Source: Chthoniobacterales bacterium (lineage in GTDB: Bacteria; Verrucomicrobiota; Verrucomicrobiia; Chthoniobacterales; UBA6821). From it: a stretch of DNA of 64,000 nt. The DNA lies in NCBI GenBank assembly GCA_026461395.1, contig JAPJNA010000061.1, positions 3,787 through 67,786 of the forward strand. The letters are read 5' to 3'. The notes under the pieces were generated by a model, which saw only the letters and a list, made by a program, of their open reading frames with translations, had not been told where the DNA came from and ran no database searches. The position numbers and the translations under genes are program-made. Of the stretch, positions 39,540 through 48,828 are shown in pieces (the stretch's first letter is position 1; each line of letters begins with the position of its first letter).

Positions 39540-40253
39540 TCACTTCAGGATAGTCCTGAGATCCTCCGGCATCCGTCCTTCATAGAGCGCACGCCCAATG
39601 ATTGCCCCATGGATCCCGGGAACCATGGAGAGCTGACGAATATCTTCTGGGCCTGACACCCCACCACTAGCAATCAGGTCGCAGGGAACAGTGAGTGCCA
39701 TCTCGCGCATGGCTGCAAGATTGGGCCCTTGAAGCATCCCGTCTGTGGCAATATCGGTGTAAATGATCGTTCGGATCCCGGTATTCACGGCCTCACGGGC
39801 AAGATCAAGGGCAGTCATCTCCATCGTCTCCACCCAACCCTTCACGGCGACCTTTCCCATCTTGGCATCGATACCCACCGCCAGGCGGGAGGGACCGAAG
39901 GCACCCGCAGCTTCGGCAAGAAAACCGGGCTCGGCAGCCTTGGTGCCGATGATGACTCTACGAACGCCGGTTTCCAGACCCGCCTCGATTGATCCGGCAT
40001 CACGCATCCCTCCACCGAGTTCGCAAGGCACAGAGACAGCCTTGGCAATCGCACGAATGACGTCCAGGTTTCGGCTCTTTCCCTCAAAGGCGGCATCCAG
40101 ATCCACCAAGTGAATCCAGTCGGCCCCTGCAGCCTCCCACTTCAATGCCATGGCGACAGGATCATCACTGTAAACAGTTTTTTTTGCGGCAAGGCCGCGT
40201 TCAAGACGGACAACCTGACCATCCATGAGATCAATGGCGGGATAGAGGAGCAT
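39540..40253 (-). CDS. hisA: ProFAR isomerase HisA
   Basis: MLLYPAIDLMDGQVVRLERG, HLVDLDAA, LGGGMRD, IASGGVS. Confidence 0.93.
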   Translation of the reverse strand: MLLYPAIDLMDGQVVRLERGLAAKKTVYSDDPVAMALKWEAAGADWIHLVDLDAAFEGKSRNLDVIRAIAKAVSVPCELGGGMRDAGSIEAGLETGVRRVIIGTKAAEPGFLAEAAGAFGPSRLAVGIDAKMGKVAVKGWVETMEMTALDLAREAVNTGIRTIIYTDIATDGMLQGPNLAAMREMALTVPCDLIASGGVSGPEDIRQLSMVPGIHGAIIGRALYEGRMPEDLRTILK

Positions 40254-40302
40254 TTTGTGAAGTGGAAAGTGAAAGGTAAAAGGTGGAAAAGTGAAGAGGT
40301 AT
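40254..40302 (-). promoter_or_regulatory. G-free pyrimidine/A-rich hisH-hisA spacer made of degenerate ...CAC repeats; no Shine-Dalgarno
   Basis: The mRNA-sense strand reads ATACCTCTTCAC TTTTCCAC CTTTTAC CTTTCAC TTTCCAC TTCAC AAA then ATG. There is no G in 49 nt. Confidence 0.6.
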
Positions 40303-40929
40303 CTAGAGGGAAGAGATAAAGTTTCTGAGCATTTTGAGGCCGAGTTCCTGACTCTTCTCGGGGTGGAACTGAACCGCGCTCAGGTTGCCCTTGGTAACAC
40401 TGGCAGCGAATTCCATACCGTAGGTACAGGTTGAAGTGATGACCGCATCATCCTCGGGAACCGGGTAGTAGGAATGAACGAAGTAGAAATCTGGATTCTC
40501 ACCCAGCCCCGTCATCAGGCGATCAGAGGGTTTGTTGATGTGCAGTTGATTCCATCCCATATGCGGGATCTTGAGTCCCGAGGACTTGGGAAAATGCACA
40601 ACCTTTCCACGAAGAGCGCCGAGGCCCTCCACACCTGGCGATTCCTCGCTCGAGTCGAAGAGAAGCTGGTAGCCCAGGCAGATGCCAAGATAGGGCTTAT
40701 CGGCACCGATCCAAGACTTGATTACTTCCCAGAGACCTCTCTCCCGAAGCTGGCCTGCACAATCACCGAAAGATCCGACCCCAGGAACAACTAGTGCGGC
40801 GCAGCCCGTCGTGTCAGCCTCGCGCTGGACATGGATGCATTCCCCGCCGGCATGCTCGATAGCGCGCTGGACGCTTCGGAGATTGCCGCTGCCGTAGTCG
40901 ACTAGACCGAGAAGCGGCGACTTGCTCAC
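40303..40929 (-). CDS. hisH: Imidazole glycerol phosphate synthase, glutamine amidotransferase subunit HisH
   Basis: VDYGSGNLRSV, LVVPGVGSFG, LGICLGYQLL (catalytic Cys), VQFHPEKS. GTG start overlapping the hisB stop (GTGA). Confidence 0.93.
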   Translation of the reverse strand: MSKSPLLGLVDYGSGNLRSVQRAIEHAGGECIHVQREADTTGCAALVVPGVGSFGDCAGQLRERGLWEVIKSWIGADKPYLGICLGYQLLFDSSEESPGVEGLGALRGKVVHFPKSSGLKIPHMGWNQLHINKPSDRLMTGLGENPDFYFVHSYYPVPEDDAVITSTCTYGMEFAASVTKGNLSAVQFHPEKSQELGLKMLRNFISSL

Positions 40930-41522
40930 AGCACGCCTTTGGTGCTGGGGATTCCCTTGACCCGGTCATCACGGGAGACAGCGACATCGAGGGCTCGTCC
41001 CAGCGCCTTGAAGATCGCCTCCGCCATGTGATGAGCATCACGTCCGGCCAAAATGGAAACATGGAGTGTCAGACCAGCCTGTACGCTGAATGCACGCAGG
41101 AACTCCTCGACGAGCTGAAAGGGAAAAAGTCCTATCGCCTCGACACCTCGGGGCACCTCATAGGCAAGGTAGGGACGTCCGCTGCAATCTACCACAACGC
41201 GAGCCAAGGCTTCATCCATGGGAACATAAGCACTGCCATAACGTCGGATCCCCGACTTGTCACCGAGGGCCTTCGTAAAGGCAGCTCCGAGCGCAAGTCC
41301 GACATCCTCCACGGTGTGGTGATAGTCGACCTCAATGTCCCCCTTCGCCTCGACATCCAGATCGACGAGGCCGTGCCGGGAGAACAGGGTCAACATGTGG
41401 TCGAAAAAAGGAATGCCGGTTCGGATGGAGGATCTCCCTTCGCCATCGAGTGAAATACGAAGGGTGATCTCGGTCTCACTAGTCTTGCGATCAAGGGATG
41501 CGGAGCGGGCTGTATCGGTCAT
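40926..41522 (-). CDS. hisB: Imidazoleglycerol-phosphate dehydratase HisB
   Basis: RKTSETEI, IPFFDHML, DYHHTVEDVGLALG, GRDAHHMAEAIFKALG. Confidence 0.93.
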   Translation of the reverse strand: MTDTARSASLDRKTSETEITLRISLDGEGRSSIRTGIPFFDHMLTLFSRHGLVDLDVEAKGDIEVDYHHTVEDVGLALGAAFTKALGDKSGIRRYGSAYVPMDEALARVVVDCSGRPYLAYEVPRGVEAIGLFPFQLVEEFLRAFSVQAGLTLHVSILAGRDAHHMAEAIFKALGRALDVAVSRDDRVKGIPSTKGVL

Positions 41523-42679
41523 GGGTTAACGGGTGTGATAGGTGTCGGTGACGAAGTCGGTTTTTTTGGAACGGCTGCTGTTTGAGCCGCGGCTGCAGCC
41601 GCAGCGGCCTGGGATTTGACAAGATCATCCAACCGGAGCTTCATTCTGGTGTTCTCAATATTTGCGGGCCACAGGGTCTGGCATTGGGCCAACAGGTCCT
41701 GCGCCTCCTTGAGCTTTCCCTCGGAGAGAAGTCTGGCACATTGACTTGCAGCAGCCAACCCCTCCGTCATCTGGAGCTTCTGGAGGACTGTGAGGCGAGT
41801 TTTTTCGTCAGTGATCAGTGTCTGGAGGGCGTCCATGGACTCCTTGCTGTTCTGGAAGATCGGGAAGAACTTGGACCCGTCAGCGGTTGCAGTCGCCAAC
41901 GCATTGGCGGCCTCAAGCTTCTCGTTCTGCAGAGCATTCTTGATCTCCCTAGCCTGGTCCGCAGGGGCCAGAGCAATGGTTTTTTGGCGACGTTTGTCGA
42001 TAATTTCGAAGTTGGCCTTAGCAATAGCGAGTTTATCCTGAAGTTGATCGATCTGAGTCTGGGCCAGCGCGATGGCATCTGGCATGACCTCCGCCCCAGG
42101 AAATTCCTTCTCGAGCAGTTCATAGGATTGGAGCGAAGACACACAATCGTTTGTCGTAGCCAATTCCTTCATCTCGGAGAACTTGATCTTCGCCCCGGAT
42201 TGATAAGGATCCGCTGCGATCTGGGCAGCGGTGATCCAGACTCCGTTGATTCTGCGGTCTCCGCAGCGCACCCGGGAACGTTCCTCTTTAAGGGTATGGA
42301 GATCCTCACGGAGCTCCGCGATATGCTTGGAATAGCGGTAGTTTCCCAAGAATTCAGGAATCTTTTTATCGATGAGCTGGTCATAGAACGCTGTGTCTAG
42401 GACCGTGTCAGGTGTTGTCAGATTCCCGATCGCCAAGAAGGCCTTCTCGTCAGCAGGAATGGCTGCTATTTGAGCAATCTCGTCTCGGGAATAGACCTTC
42501 TGATCCTTGATTGTCGGGGTGACGTAATACTCGATTAGAACAGAATCGGGCGTCTCGCTTAAGATCTCACCCTTGATTTCCCTTCCATCCTTGAGGGTGA
42601 TGAGGTCGGCTCTCAAGGTCACCGCCGCGAAGACCACAATCAGAAGGCAAAGTAGGGTAAAATTCATGCGCTCCATCAA
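41519..42679 (-). CDS. Hypothetical secreted protein (small beta N-domain, long helical region, Ala/Pro-rich tail)
   Basis: Signal peptide MMERMNFTLLCLLIVVFAAVTLRA, then LITLKDGREIKGEILSETPDSVLIEY, then helical repeats and a QAAAAAAAAQTAAVPKKPTSSPTP tail. Its stop overlaps the hisB start (ATGA). Confidence 0.45.
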   Translation of the reverse strand: MMERMNFTLLCLLIVVFAAVTLRADLITLKDGREIKGEILSETPDSVLIEYYVTPTIKDQKVYSRDEIAQIAAIPADEKAFLAIGNLTTPDTVLDTAFYDQLIDKKIPEFLGNYRYSKHIAELREDLHTLKEERSRVRCGDRRINGVWITAAQIAADPYQSGAKIKFSEMKELATTNDCVSSLQSYELLEKEFPGAEVMPDAIALAQTQIDQLQDKLAIAKANFEIIDKRRQKTIALAPADQAREIKNALQNEKLEAANALATATADGSKFFPIFQNSKESMDALQTLITDEKTRLTVLQKLQMTEGLAAASQCARLLSEGKLKEAQDLLAQCQTLWPANIENTRMKLRLDDLVKSQAAAAAAAAQTAAVPKKPTSSPTPITPVNP

Positions 42680-42701
42680 AAAATATCCTATCTGTCTTTT
42701 T

Positions 42702-43490
42702 TCAGGAAACCATCCCCAGTTTCAATTTTTTGACCGTCTCGGCAAGAAAGCGTTGCTGAAGGCGAACGCGACTGCCCAAGGACTCCTCAGAGGGGGTCTC
42801 CAGAGTGAAGGTCCTCGCCGCATGCTGAAAATGCAGGAGAAAAGCCTCGGGATACCCCTTCATCATGTCTGGCTTGATTTTGCGCCTGATCAGGCCGTTA
42901 CGAACCGAATGACCGTCGATCTTACGGCGAGGATCCGCTGCCAACACGGAGATGAGTTCAGCGCATAGCAATTCGCCCCAATGGGGACGCTTAGCAGCCA
43001 CCTCGTAAAGATAAAACCCTCGTGCGTCGTAGTCCTCATGCAGTGTAATAGCGAGATCAAAGCGGCTCCCCTTCATTAAGGAAACCTGGGCCACAATCTG
43101 AGGAACTCTCTTTGAATCATAGAGCCGGTTGAGATCGCGGTTCTCGGCATCAAAGCGTATATTCCGCTCCAGTCCCCATGGGTTGAGACATGGAAAGATC
43201 ATCCAGTTCCAGGATGCAAGTTTTCCAAGAGAGGTCTCTGCCCAGCGGATCAATCCCTCTACTGCGGCTGGTTCATCCCCATGAATACCGGCAGACAGAT
43301 AGACAGAGGGCAGCTTCGGGCCGTGACGTTCCGAACGGACAACTATCAGGGGATAGCCCTCTGCCTCTCCATACACCGAAAGATCGAGTCGGGGAATCCG
43401 GTTCACGAGCTTAAGCCACCGTTCCATCAGCAAGCGATAATCCCTCACCTGATCAGGCAGGGGATCGGTATTGGAAATCGCTTTCTTCAA
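42702..43490 (-). CDS. M14-family zinc carboxypeptidase / succinylglutamate-desuccinylase-like protein
   Basis: SAGIHGDEPAAVEGL (HxxE zinc motif), ITLHEDYDARGFYLYE (third ligand plus catalytic Glu). Confidence 0.7.
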   Translation of the reverse strand: MKKAISNTDPLPDQVRDYRLLMERWLKLVNRIPRLDLSVYGEAEGYPLIVVRSERHGPKLPSVYLSAGIHGDEPAAVEGLIRWAETSLGKLASWNWMIFPCLNPWGLERNIRFDAENRDLNRLYDSKRVPQIVAQVSLMKGSRFDLAITLHEDYDARGFYLYEVAAKRPHWGELLCAELISVLAADPRRKIDGHSVRNGLIRRKIKPDMMKGYPEAFLLHFQHAARTFTLETPSEESLGSRVRLQQRFLAETVKKLKLGMVS

Positions 43491-43495
43491 TCGAA

Positions 43496-44455
43496 TTAAT
43501 CGATAAAGCGTTTTTCGATCCCCGCATAGGCATCGATCCGACGATCTCGCAAAAAAGGCCAGTGCGTCCGTTGAGTATCCATGAATTGGCGGTCGAGATT
43601 AACAACAAGGACCATCTCCTTATCAGCCGGAGCCTCGGCGATGATCTGGCCGTTGGGCGCGGCGACAAAGGTCCCTCCCCAGAACTCAAGTCCCTTCCCT
43701 CCTGCAGGGGCTTCATGACCAATACGATTGACTCCGCAGACATAGCAGCCGTTGGCTAATGCATGGGCACGCTGGGCTAGTTGCCAGGCTGCTTTCTGAC
43801 TCTCTCCATACTGCTCCTTCTCCGAGGGATGCCAGCCGATCGCGGTGGGATAAAAAATCACCTCGGAACCCTGCAGTGCCGTAAGGCGCGCCGCTTCGGG
43901 ATACCACTGATCCCAGCAGATGAGAACACCAAGATCACCCGCACTGGTCTTCCAGTTGCGAAAACCGAGATCGCCCGGAGTGAAGTAGAACTTCTCATAG
44001 AAAAGTGGGTCGTCGGGAATATGCATCTTCCGGTACTTGCCAAGATACTTGCCGTCGGCCTCGATGACGGCCGTCGTGTTATGATAGAGACCTGGCGCCC
44101 GACGCTCGAAGAGAGAGGCAATGATCACTACTCCCAGCTCCTTGGCTACTTTACCTAGCGTTTCCGTGGTCGGTCCAGGGATCACTTCGGCCAGCTTGAA
44201 ATAGTCGTGATCCTCGCTCTGGCAGAAGTACTCACTCAGGAAAAGCTCTGGCAGGCAGACCACCTTCGCTCCTTTCTTGGCAGCTTCCCTAATCAGACCG
44301 ATGGCAGTCTTGAGATTCTCCGAGGGTGAGCTGACGCAGCGCATCTGAACCAAGCCCACGGCGATCGTATCCTTGGGAACCGAGTTAGATCGCGTGGCTT
44401 TGCGCGAAACTTTAGAAGCTTTTGAAGATTTGGGTGTTTTGGCTTTCTTTGGCAC
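43496..44455 (-). CDS. aguB: N-carbamoylputrescine amidase (nitrilase superfamily) with a Lys/Ser-rich N-terminal tail
   Basis: [42 protein letters not shown] (catalytic Cys), [19 protein letters not shown]. Confidence 0.85.
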   Translation of the reverse strand: MPKKAKTPKSSKASKVSRKATRSNSVPKDTIAVGLVQMRCVSSPSENLKTAIGLIREAAKKGAKVVCLPELFLSEYFCQSEDHDYFKLAEVIPGPTTETLGKVAKELGVVIIASLFERRAPGLYHNTTAVIEADGKYLGKYRKMHIPDDPLFYEKFYFTPGDLGFRNWKTSAGDLGVLICWDQWYPEAARLTALQGSEVIFYPTAIGWHPSEKEQYGESQKAAWQLAQRAHALANGCYVCGVNRIGHEAPAGGKGLEFWGGTFVAAPNGQIIAEAPADKEMVLVVNLDRQFMDTQRTHWPFLRDRRIDAYAGIEKRFID

Positions 44456-44482
44456 CCCTCTCTGCTAACCAATAGAACTCCA

Positions 44483-45040
44483 ATGAAAAAGACACTTTTC
44501 GCCCTTTCCACAACTCTCTCCTCCACCCTCTTCATGGCCCCCGGTGTTGCCGGAGCCGCAAACCCCGCCGGACCAGTCAAGGACATCCGCATTGTCCTCC
44601 ACACCTCCAAGGGCGATATCCATGCCACCATGTACGCGAGCAAGGCTCCGATCACCGTTGCTAACTACCTCAATCTCGCCCGCCGCGGATTCTATGACAA
44701 CATTACCTTCCACCGCGTCATTCCTGATTTCATGATCCAGGGTGGCGATCCGACCGGCACCGGTATGGGTGGCCCCGGCTACAAGTTCGCCGATGAGTTC
44801 GCTCCCGGTCTCAAGCACGACCGCGGCGGTCTCTTCTCGATGGCCAATTCCGGACCCGGCACCAACGGTAGTCAGTTCTTCATCACCCATGTCCCGACCC
44901 CTTGGCTTGATGGCAAGCATGCCATCTTTGGCGCCGTCGACGGCCCTAAGGATCAGGAAGTCGTTGATGCCATCAAACAGGGAGATAAGATCACCTCGAT
45001 TGAGATCGTCGATTCACCCGAGTCTCTCTTCGCCGCTTAG
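44483..45040 (+). CDS. Periplasmic cyclophilin-type peptidyl-prolyl isomerase
   Basis: Signal peptide. [41 protein letters not shown]. Confidence 0.92.
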   Translation: MKKTLFALSTTLSSTLFMAPGVAGAANPAGPVKDIRIVLHTSKGDIHATMYASKAPITVANYLNLARRGFYDNITFHRVIPDFMIQGGDPTGTGMGGPGYKFADEFAPGLKHDRGGLFSMANSGPGTNGSQFFITHVPTPWLDGKHAIFGAVDGPKDQEVVDAIKQGDKITSIEIVDSPESLFAA

Positions 45041-45098
45041 GCCACGCAGATAGCTACTTGGAATAAGGTGCTTGGAAAGTAATTCGACAAGAGGTTTT

Positions 45099-45121
45099 AA
45101 GGCTGAAGACTGAAGCCTTTT
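45099..45121 (+). terminator. Weak hairpin + T-run after the PPIase gene
   Basis: AAGGCT (45099-104) pairs with AGCCTT (45114-119), 9-nt loop, then TT. Confidence 0.35.
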
Positions 45122-45140
45122 AGACTGTTAGGAATTTAAG

Positions 45141-45177
45141 AAAGGCGTTGGCTCAGGAATGAGTCCAACGCCTTTTT
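45141..45177. terminator. Strong bidirectional rho-independent terminator (PPIase gene / MBL hydrolase gene)
   Basis: AAA GGCGTTGGCTCA GGAA TGAG(T)CCAACGCC TTTTT: GC-rich stem of 12 bp with one bulge, flanked by an A-run and a T-run. Confidence 0.8.
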
Positions 45178-45236
45178 AGTTCGAAGAGAAAAGAAAACTC
45201 ATAGAGCTGATCCCATCCCCTTTATCCCTGTGAGTT

Positions 45237-46217
45237 TTAAAAGACGGCAGGTTCGCCTTCCTTCAAAATCCGAATTTTTTCGTCGATTCCGAGAGAGCGG
45301 GCATGCCCGAGCAGGCGATCAGGAGGCTCCTTCATCGGTTCAAATCCTAGCCGAAAAGTTCCATAGTGCATCGGGATCATGATATCCGCATCGAGGGCGG
45401 TGAAAGCACGTAGGGCCTCTTCGGGATTCATATGGACATCACGCCCTGTCGGAGCGTCGTAAGCTCCAATCGGGAGCAATGCGATGTCGATCTTGGAACG
45501 CTCTCCAATCTCAGCGAATCCCTCAAACCAGGCACTGTCACCACAGTGAAAGATCGTGCGTCCGGCATACTCGATCAGGAATCCGCCGAATCCACGGTGC
45601 TTGTCATGCAACATCCTAGCGCCCCAGTGATGGGCAGGTGTCAGGGTGACCTTCAGGGAACCGAGTTCCATGCTCTCCCAGCGCTTCAACTCCTGCACGC
45701 GGTTGAATCCAAGTCCATGGACGAGGTCGCCCACGTGCTCCGGCACAATGATGGGTTGATCAGAAGCCACGGCCCGGAGTGACTTCTTGTCGAGATGGTC
45801 GAAGTGGGCGTGACTCACAAGAACCAGATCGATCGCAGGAAGTTCGTGGATCTCAAGCCCCGGCTCCTTAAGCCTCTTGATGACCTTCAGCCACTTGGCC
45901 CAGTTGGGATCGATCAGGATGGAATGTTCGGGAGTCTGGATCAGGAAGGAGGCATGACCGATCCACGTAATGGCCAGCTCTCCTTCGGAGAGTTGGGAAA
46001 GCTCTGGCAATTTTGTCGGGGAGGAAACAACCTCCCTAGCCGAAAAGAGAGAGGGGATGATGACCTCGGTGAGGAAGTTGCGCTTATGCCACCCCTCCCC
46101 GAGCTTCATCGAGACATGATGTTCAGGTTTTGACTTTGACTGCGGCTTTGACTTGGTCCGCATAGCAACCCTCTTCTTGATATTCTCGGTTCCTTGCTTG
46201 AGAAGTTTTTTGACCAT
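45237..46217 (-). CDS. MBL-fold metallo-hydrolase (NAPE-PLD/UlaG-like subgroup)
   Basis: Start trimmed to ATG 46217 (MVKKLLKQG...); the ORF-track start overlaps the divergent MTHFS gene. ITWIGHASFLI, LVSHAHFDHLD, HCGDSAW. Confidence 0.75.
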   Translation of the reverse strand: MVKKLLKQGTENIKKRVAMRTKSKPQSKSKPEHHVSMKLGEGWHKRNFLTEVIIPSLFSAREVVSSPTKLPELSQLSEGELAITWIGHASFLIQTPEHSILIDPNWAKWLKVIKRLKEPGLEIHELPAIDLVLVSHAHFDHLDKKSLRAVASDQPIIVPEHVGDLVHGLGFNRVQELKRWESMELGSLKVTLTPAHHWGARMLHDKHRGFGGFLIEYAGRTIFHCGDSAWFEGFAEIGERSKIDIALLPIGAYDAPTGRDVHMNPEEALRAFTALDADIMIPMHYGTFRLGFEPMKEPPDRLLGHARSLGIDEKIRILKEGEPAVF

Positions 46218-46248
46218 GCTCGCCTCGATTATGTCATAGAAAGAGTGG

Positions 46249-46845
46249 ATGAGAACTGCCGAAAAGCAAATGCTGCGTGAGCGGATGAAAATAATCTCTG
46301 ATGAGAGGTCTTTGCTTTTACCGTTCGAAGCCGATGCTTCTTTTATAAAAAATATTCTCGAGCTGGATGGGTGGAAAACTTCCTCTTCCGTACTTCTCTT
46401 CGCTCCTATCGAGTGGGAGCCCGATCCCATGGAGCTCATCAGCGCCGCACCGGAATATTCCTTTCTCTTCCCGAGAATCGCGGGGGATCATCTGGAAATC
46501 CACAGGATGAGCCCAAGAAGCCTCTGGATCACCGGGTCTTATGGCATCAGAGAACCGGACCCCGTAAGCTGGGATCAAGCCGCGCTCTCCGAGGTTGATC
46601 TGGCTTTAATACCGGGCCTGGCATTCGATTCGAAGGGCGGACGACTTGGGCGGGGGAAAGGATTTTACGACCGTCTGCTCGGTCACCCAGAGTTCCGAGG
46701 TATCAAGGTAGGGCTTGCCTGGGATTGGCAGATCGTGGCTGAGGTACCATGCGATCGTGATGACATTCCCATGGACTTCGTTGTCACTCCGGGAAAGATC
46801 CATCAGGCTGGGAGCACGTTGGACAAACTGGAAGAAAGAGGATAA
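46249..46845 (+). CDS. 5-formyltetrahydrofolate cyclo-ligase
   Basis: KQMLRERM..., LIPGLAFDSKGGRLGRGKGFYDRLL, DIPMDFVVT. Confidence 0.85.
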   Translation: MRTAEKQMLRERMKIISDERSLLLPFEADASFIKNILELDGWKTSSSVLLFAPIEWEPDPMELISAAPEYSFLFPRIAGDHLEIHRMSPRSLWITGSYGIREPDPVSWDQAALSEVDLALIPGLAFDSKGGRLGRGKGFYDRLLGHPEFRGIKVGLAWDWQIVAEVPCDRDDIPMDFVVTPGKIHQAGSTLDKLEERG

Positions 46846-46865
46846 TTCCTAGTAGCTATTACCTT

Positions 46866-48152
46866 ATGGCCTACCCCGAACTTCCCACATCTTTTCAGAA
46901 GAAAGTCTGCTGGGCAGCCTTGACGGCCGTGGCGGCCTTGGCATTCACCTCGGTCATTCTACTCGCAGGCTGGAGCATCGTTTCCGCATGCGGCTATTTG
47001 AAGCCGGTCTTGACCCCAATCGCGATCGCGGCCGTGCTCGCTTATCTGTTAACTCCCGTCGTGGGTTTGCTCTGCAAATGGAGAATTCCACGCACCTGGT
47101 CCGTGGTCATCGTCTTTGTCCTTTTCAGCGCGGGCCTCGCACTCATCGGCATCACAGTCGCCCCTGCCCTCGAGCATCAAGGGAGTATTTTTGCCAGTCG
47201 CATCCCCTCTTACAGTCAGAGCATCAGCTCTCTGGCCAAACAATCAGCTGCCGAACTCCAGAAACTGGCAGCCCTGAAAGATAGTGCAATAACAAGCAAT
47301 CATCCCGGGATCGCCACACATACACCTATCTTTCCGCTCGAAGATCTGACGCCCGATCGGATCAAACTCTACGGGATCGAGCTTGCCAGCAATGGCCTTG
47401 CCTGGGTGCAGGAGAAACTACCAACAATTGCCTCTGCCACCGGAACATTTCTCCAAAAAAGCATCGGAGGTGTTTTCGGTATCCTCGGGTTCCTACTGAG
47501 TCTGATTCTGGTGCCAGTTTTCCTCTTCTTTTTCCTTCTGGAGTCACCGGAGATCGGGGCCAATTGGAGCCGCTATCTTCCTCTTCGGGCTTCTCCACTC
47601 AAGGAGGAGATCGTCTCGCTCTTCAATGAGATCAATGACTATCTGATCCACTTCTTCCGCGGTCAACTTCTGGTCAGTCTTATCGATGGAGCTGTCGTCG
47701 GTATGGCCTTGTTCCTGATCGTCCATCTCGATTTCTCTTTCCTGATAGGACTTATGGTCGGGATCCTCTGCCTGATTCCCTACCTCGGCATGGTCCTCTG
47801 TCTGCTCCCGGCACTGCTGATTGCTTTGGCTCAGTACGGGGACTTGTGGCATCCGACACTCGTGCTGATTGTCTTCCTAGTGGCTCACAACCTGGACGGG
47901 ATCTTTATCTCTCCAAAAATCATCGGCCAATCTGTCGGCCTGCATCCTATGACCGTAATCATCTCGGTCTTTGCCTGGACGATCGTCTTGGGAGGTCTGC
48001 TTGGTGCCTTACTTGCCGTCCCCCTCACCGCCACGCTGAAAGTACTGCTACGTCGCTACTTCTGGGATCGTCCACCTGTCCAGCCAGTCCAGCAATCCTT
48101 AAAGATTGAAGGAATGATCGAGGAGACAGTCCAAAAAAGACCTCCACGATGA
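46866..48152 (+). CDS. AI-2E (PerM/UPF0118) family transporter
   Basis: About 8 TM helices, IPYLGMVL, PKIIGQSVGLHPMTVIISV. Confidence 0.8.
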   Translation: MAYPELPTSFQKKVCWAALTAVAALAFTSVILLAGWSIVSACGYLKPVLTPIAIAAVLAYLLTPVVGLLCKWRIPRTWSVVIVFVLFSAGLALIGITVAPALEHQGSIFASRIPSYSQSISSLAKQSAAELQKLAALKDSAITSNHPGIATHTPIFPLEDLTPDRIKLYGIELASNGLAWVQEKLPTIASATGTFLQKSIGGVFGILGFLLSLILVPVFLFFFLLESPEIGANWSRYLPLRASPLKEEIVSLFNEINDYLIHFFRGQLLVSLIDGAVVGMALFLIVHLDFSFLIGLMVGILCLIPYLGMVLCLLPALLIALAQYGDLWHPTLVLIVFLVAHNLDGIFISPKIIGQSVGLHPMTVIISVFAWTIVLGGLLGALLAVPLTATLKVLLRRYFWDRPPVQPVQQSLKIEGMIEETVQKRPPR

Positions 48153-48172
48153 CCGTGGAGTTGCCTCTCTGA

Positions 48173-48811
48173 TTAATCAGGCAGCGGCGGGGGGAGCTCG
48201 GAAATCCGCTTCACCAGTCCCAGCTTTTTGTAGAAACAGCAGATCAGAAATCCTGCGATACCTCCCCCAAGATGGGCGAGATGCCCGATCTGGCGCTCGA
48301 TTCCCAAGAGCCAGAAAAGCAGGGATGCCACGATGACAAGCCATCCGAGTGTAGAGGCTTTCATTTTCACGGGAAGGATGAAGAAAATAAGTGCGGTGAT
48401 CTGCAAGTTTGGAAAGAGAGTTCCGAAGCCTACCAAGAGGGCACAGACCGAACCGGATGCCCCTACCAGATCAACACTGCCTGGCGTCACAAGGGTCTGC
48501 AGTACCCCTCCGAACACAGCCCCCGCTAGATAAAGAAAGAAGTAACGGAGAGGTCCGAGCAACTCTTCTAGGAGTGGACCCGTGAACCATAGTGCCACCA
48601 TGTTCACCGCAAGATGCAACAGGTTGCCATGAAGAAACGCGTGCGTAACCAACTGCCACCATCCCCCACCCGCCAATCCATCTCTACTCAGCGCCAAATA
48701 AGGAAAGAGCGAACAATCAAAAAAGAATCTAAAGAGCTCTTCCGAGAAAAACAGCGTGAGGTTGATCCCGAAGAGGATCGCGGTGACAGGAGAGCGACGC
48801 AGGCGTTCCAT
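48173..48811 (-). CDS. Rhomboid-family intramembrane serine protease
   Basis: HAFLHGNLLHLAVNM, GASGSVCALLG (catalytic Ser), GHLAHLGGGIAG (catalytic His). Confidence 0.85.
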   Translation of the reverse strand: MERLRRSPVTAILFGINLTLFFSEELFRFFFDCSLFPYLALSRDGLAGGGWWQLVTHAFLHGNLLHLAVNMVALWFTGPLLEELLGPLRYFFLYLAGAVFGGVLQTLVTPGSVDLVGASGSVCALLVGFGTLFPNLQITALIFFILPVKMKASTLGWLVIVASLLFWLLGIERQIGHLAHLGGGIAGFLICCFYKKLGLVKRISELPPPLPD

Positions 48812-48828
48812 CGATCCAGGAAGAGCAA

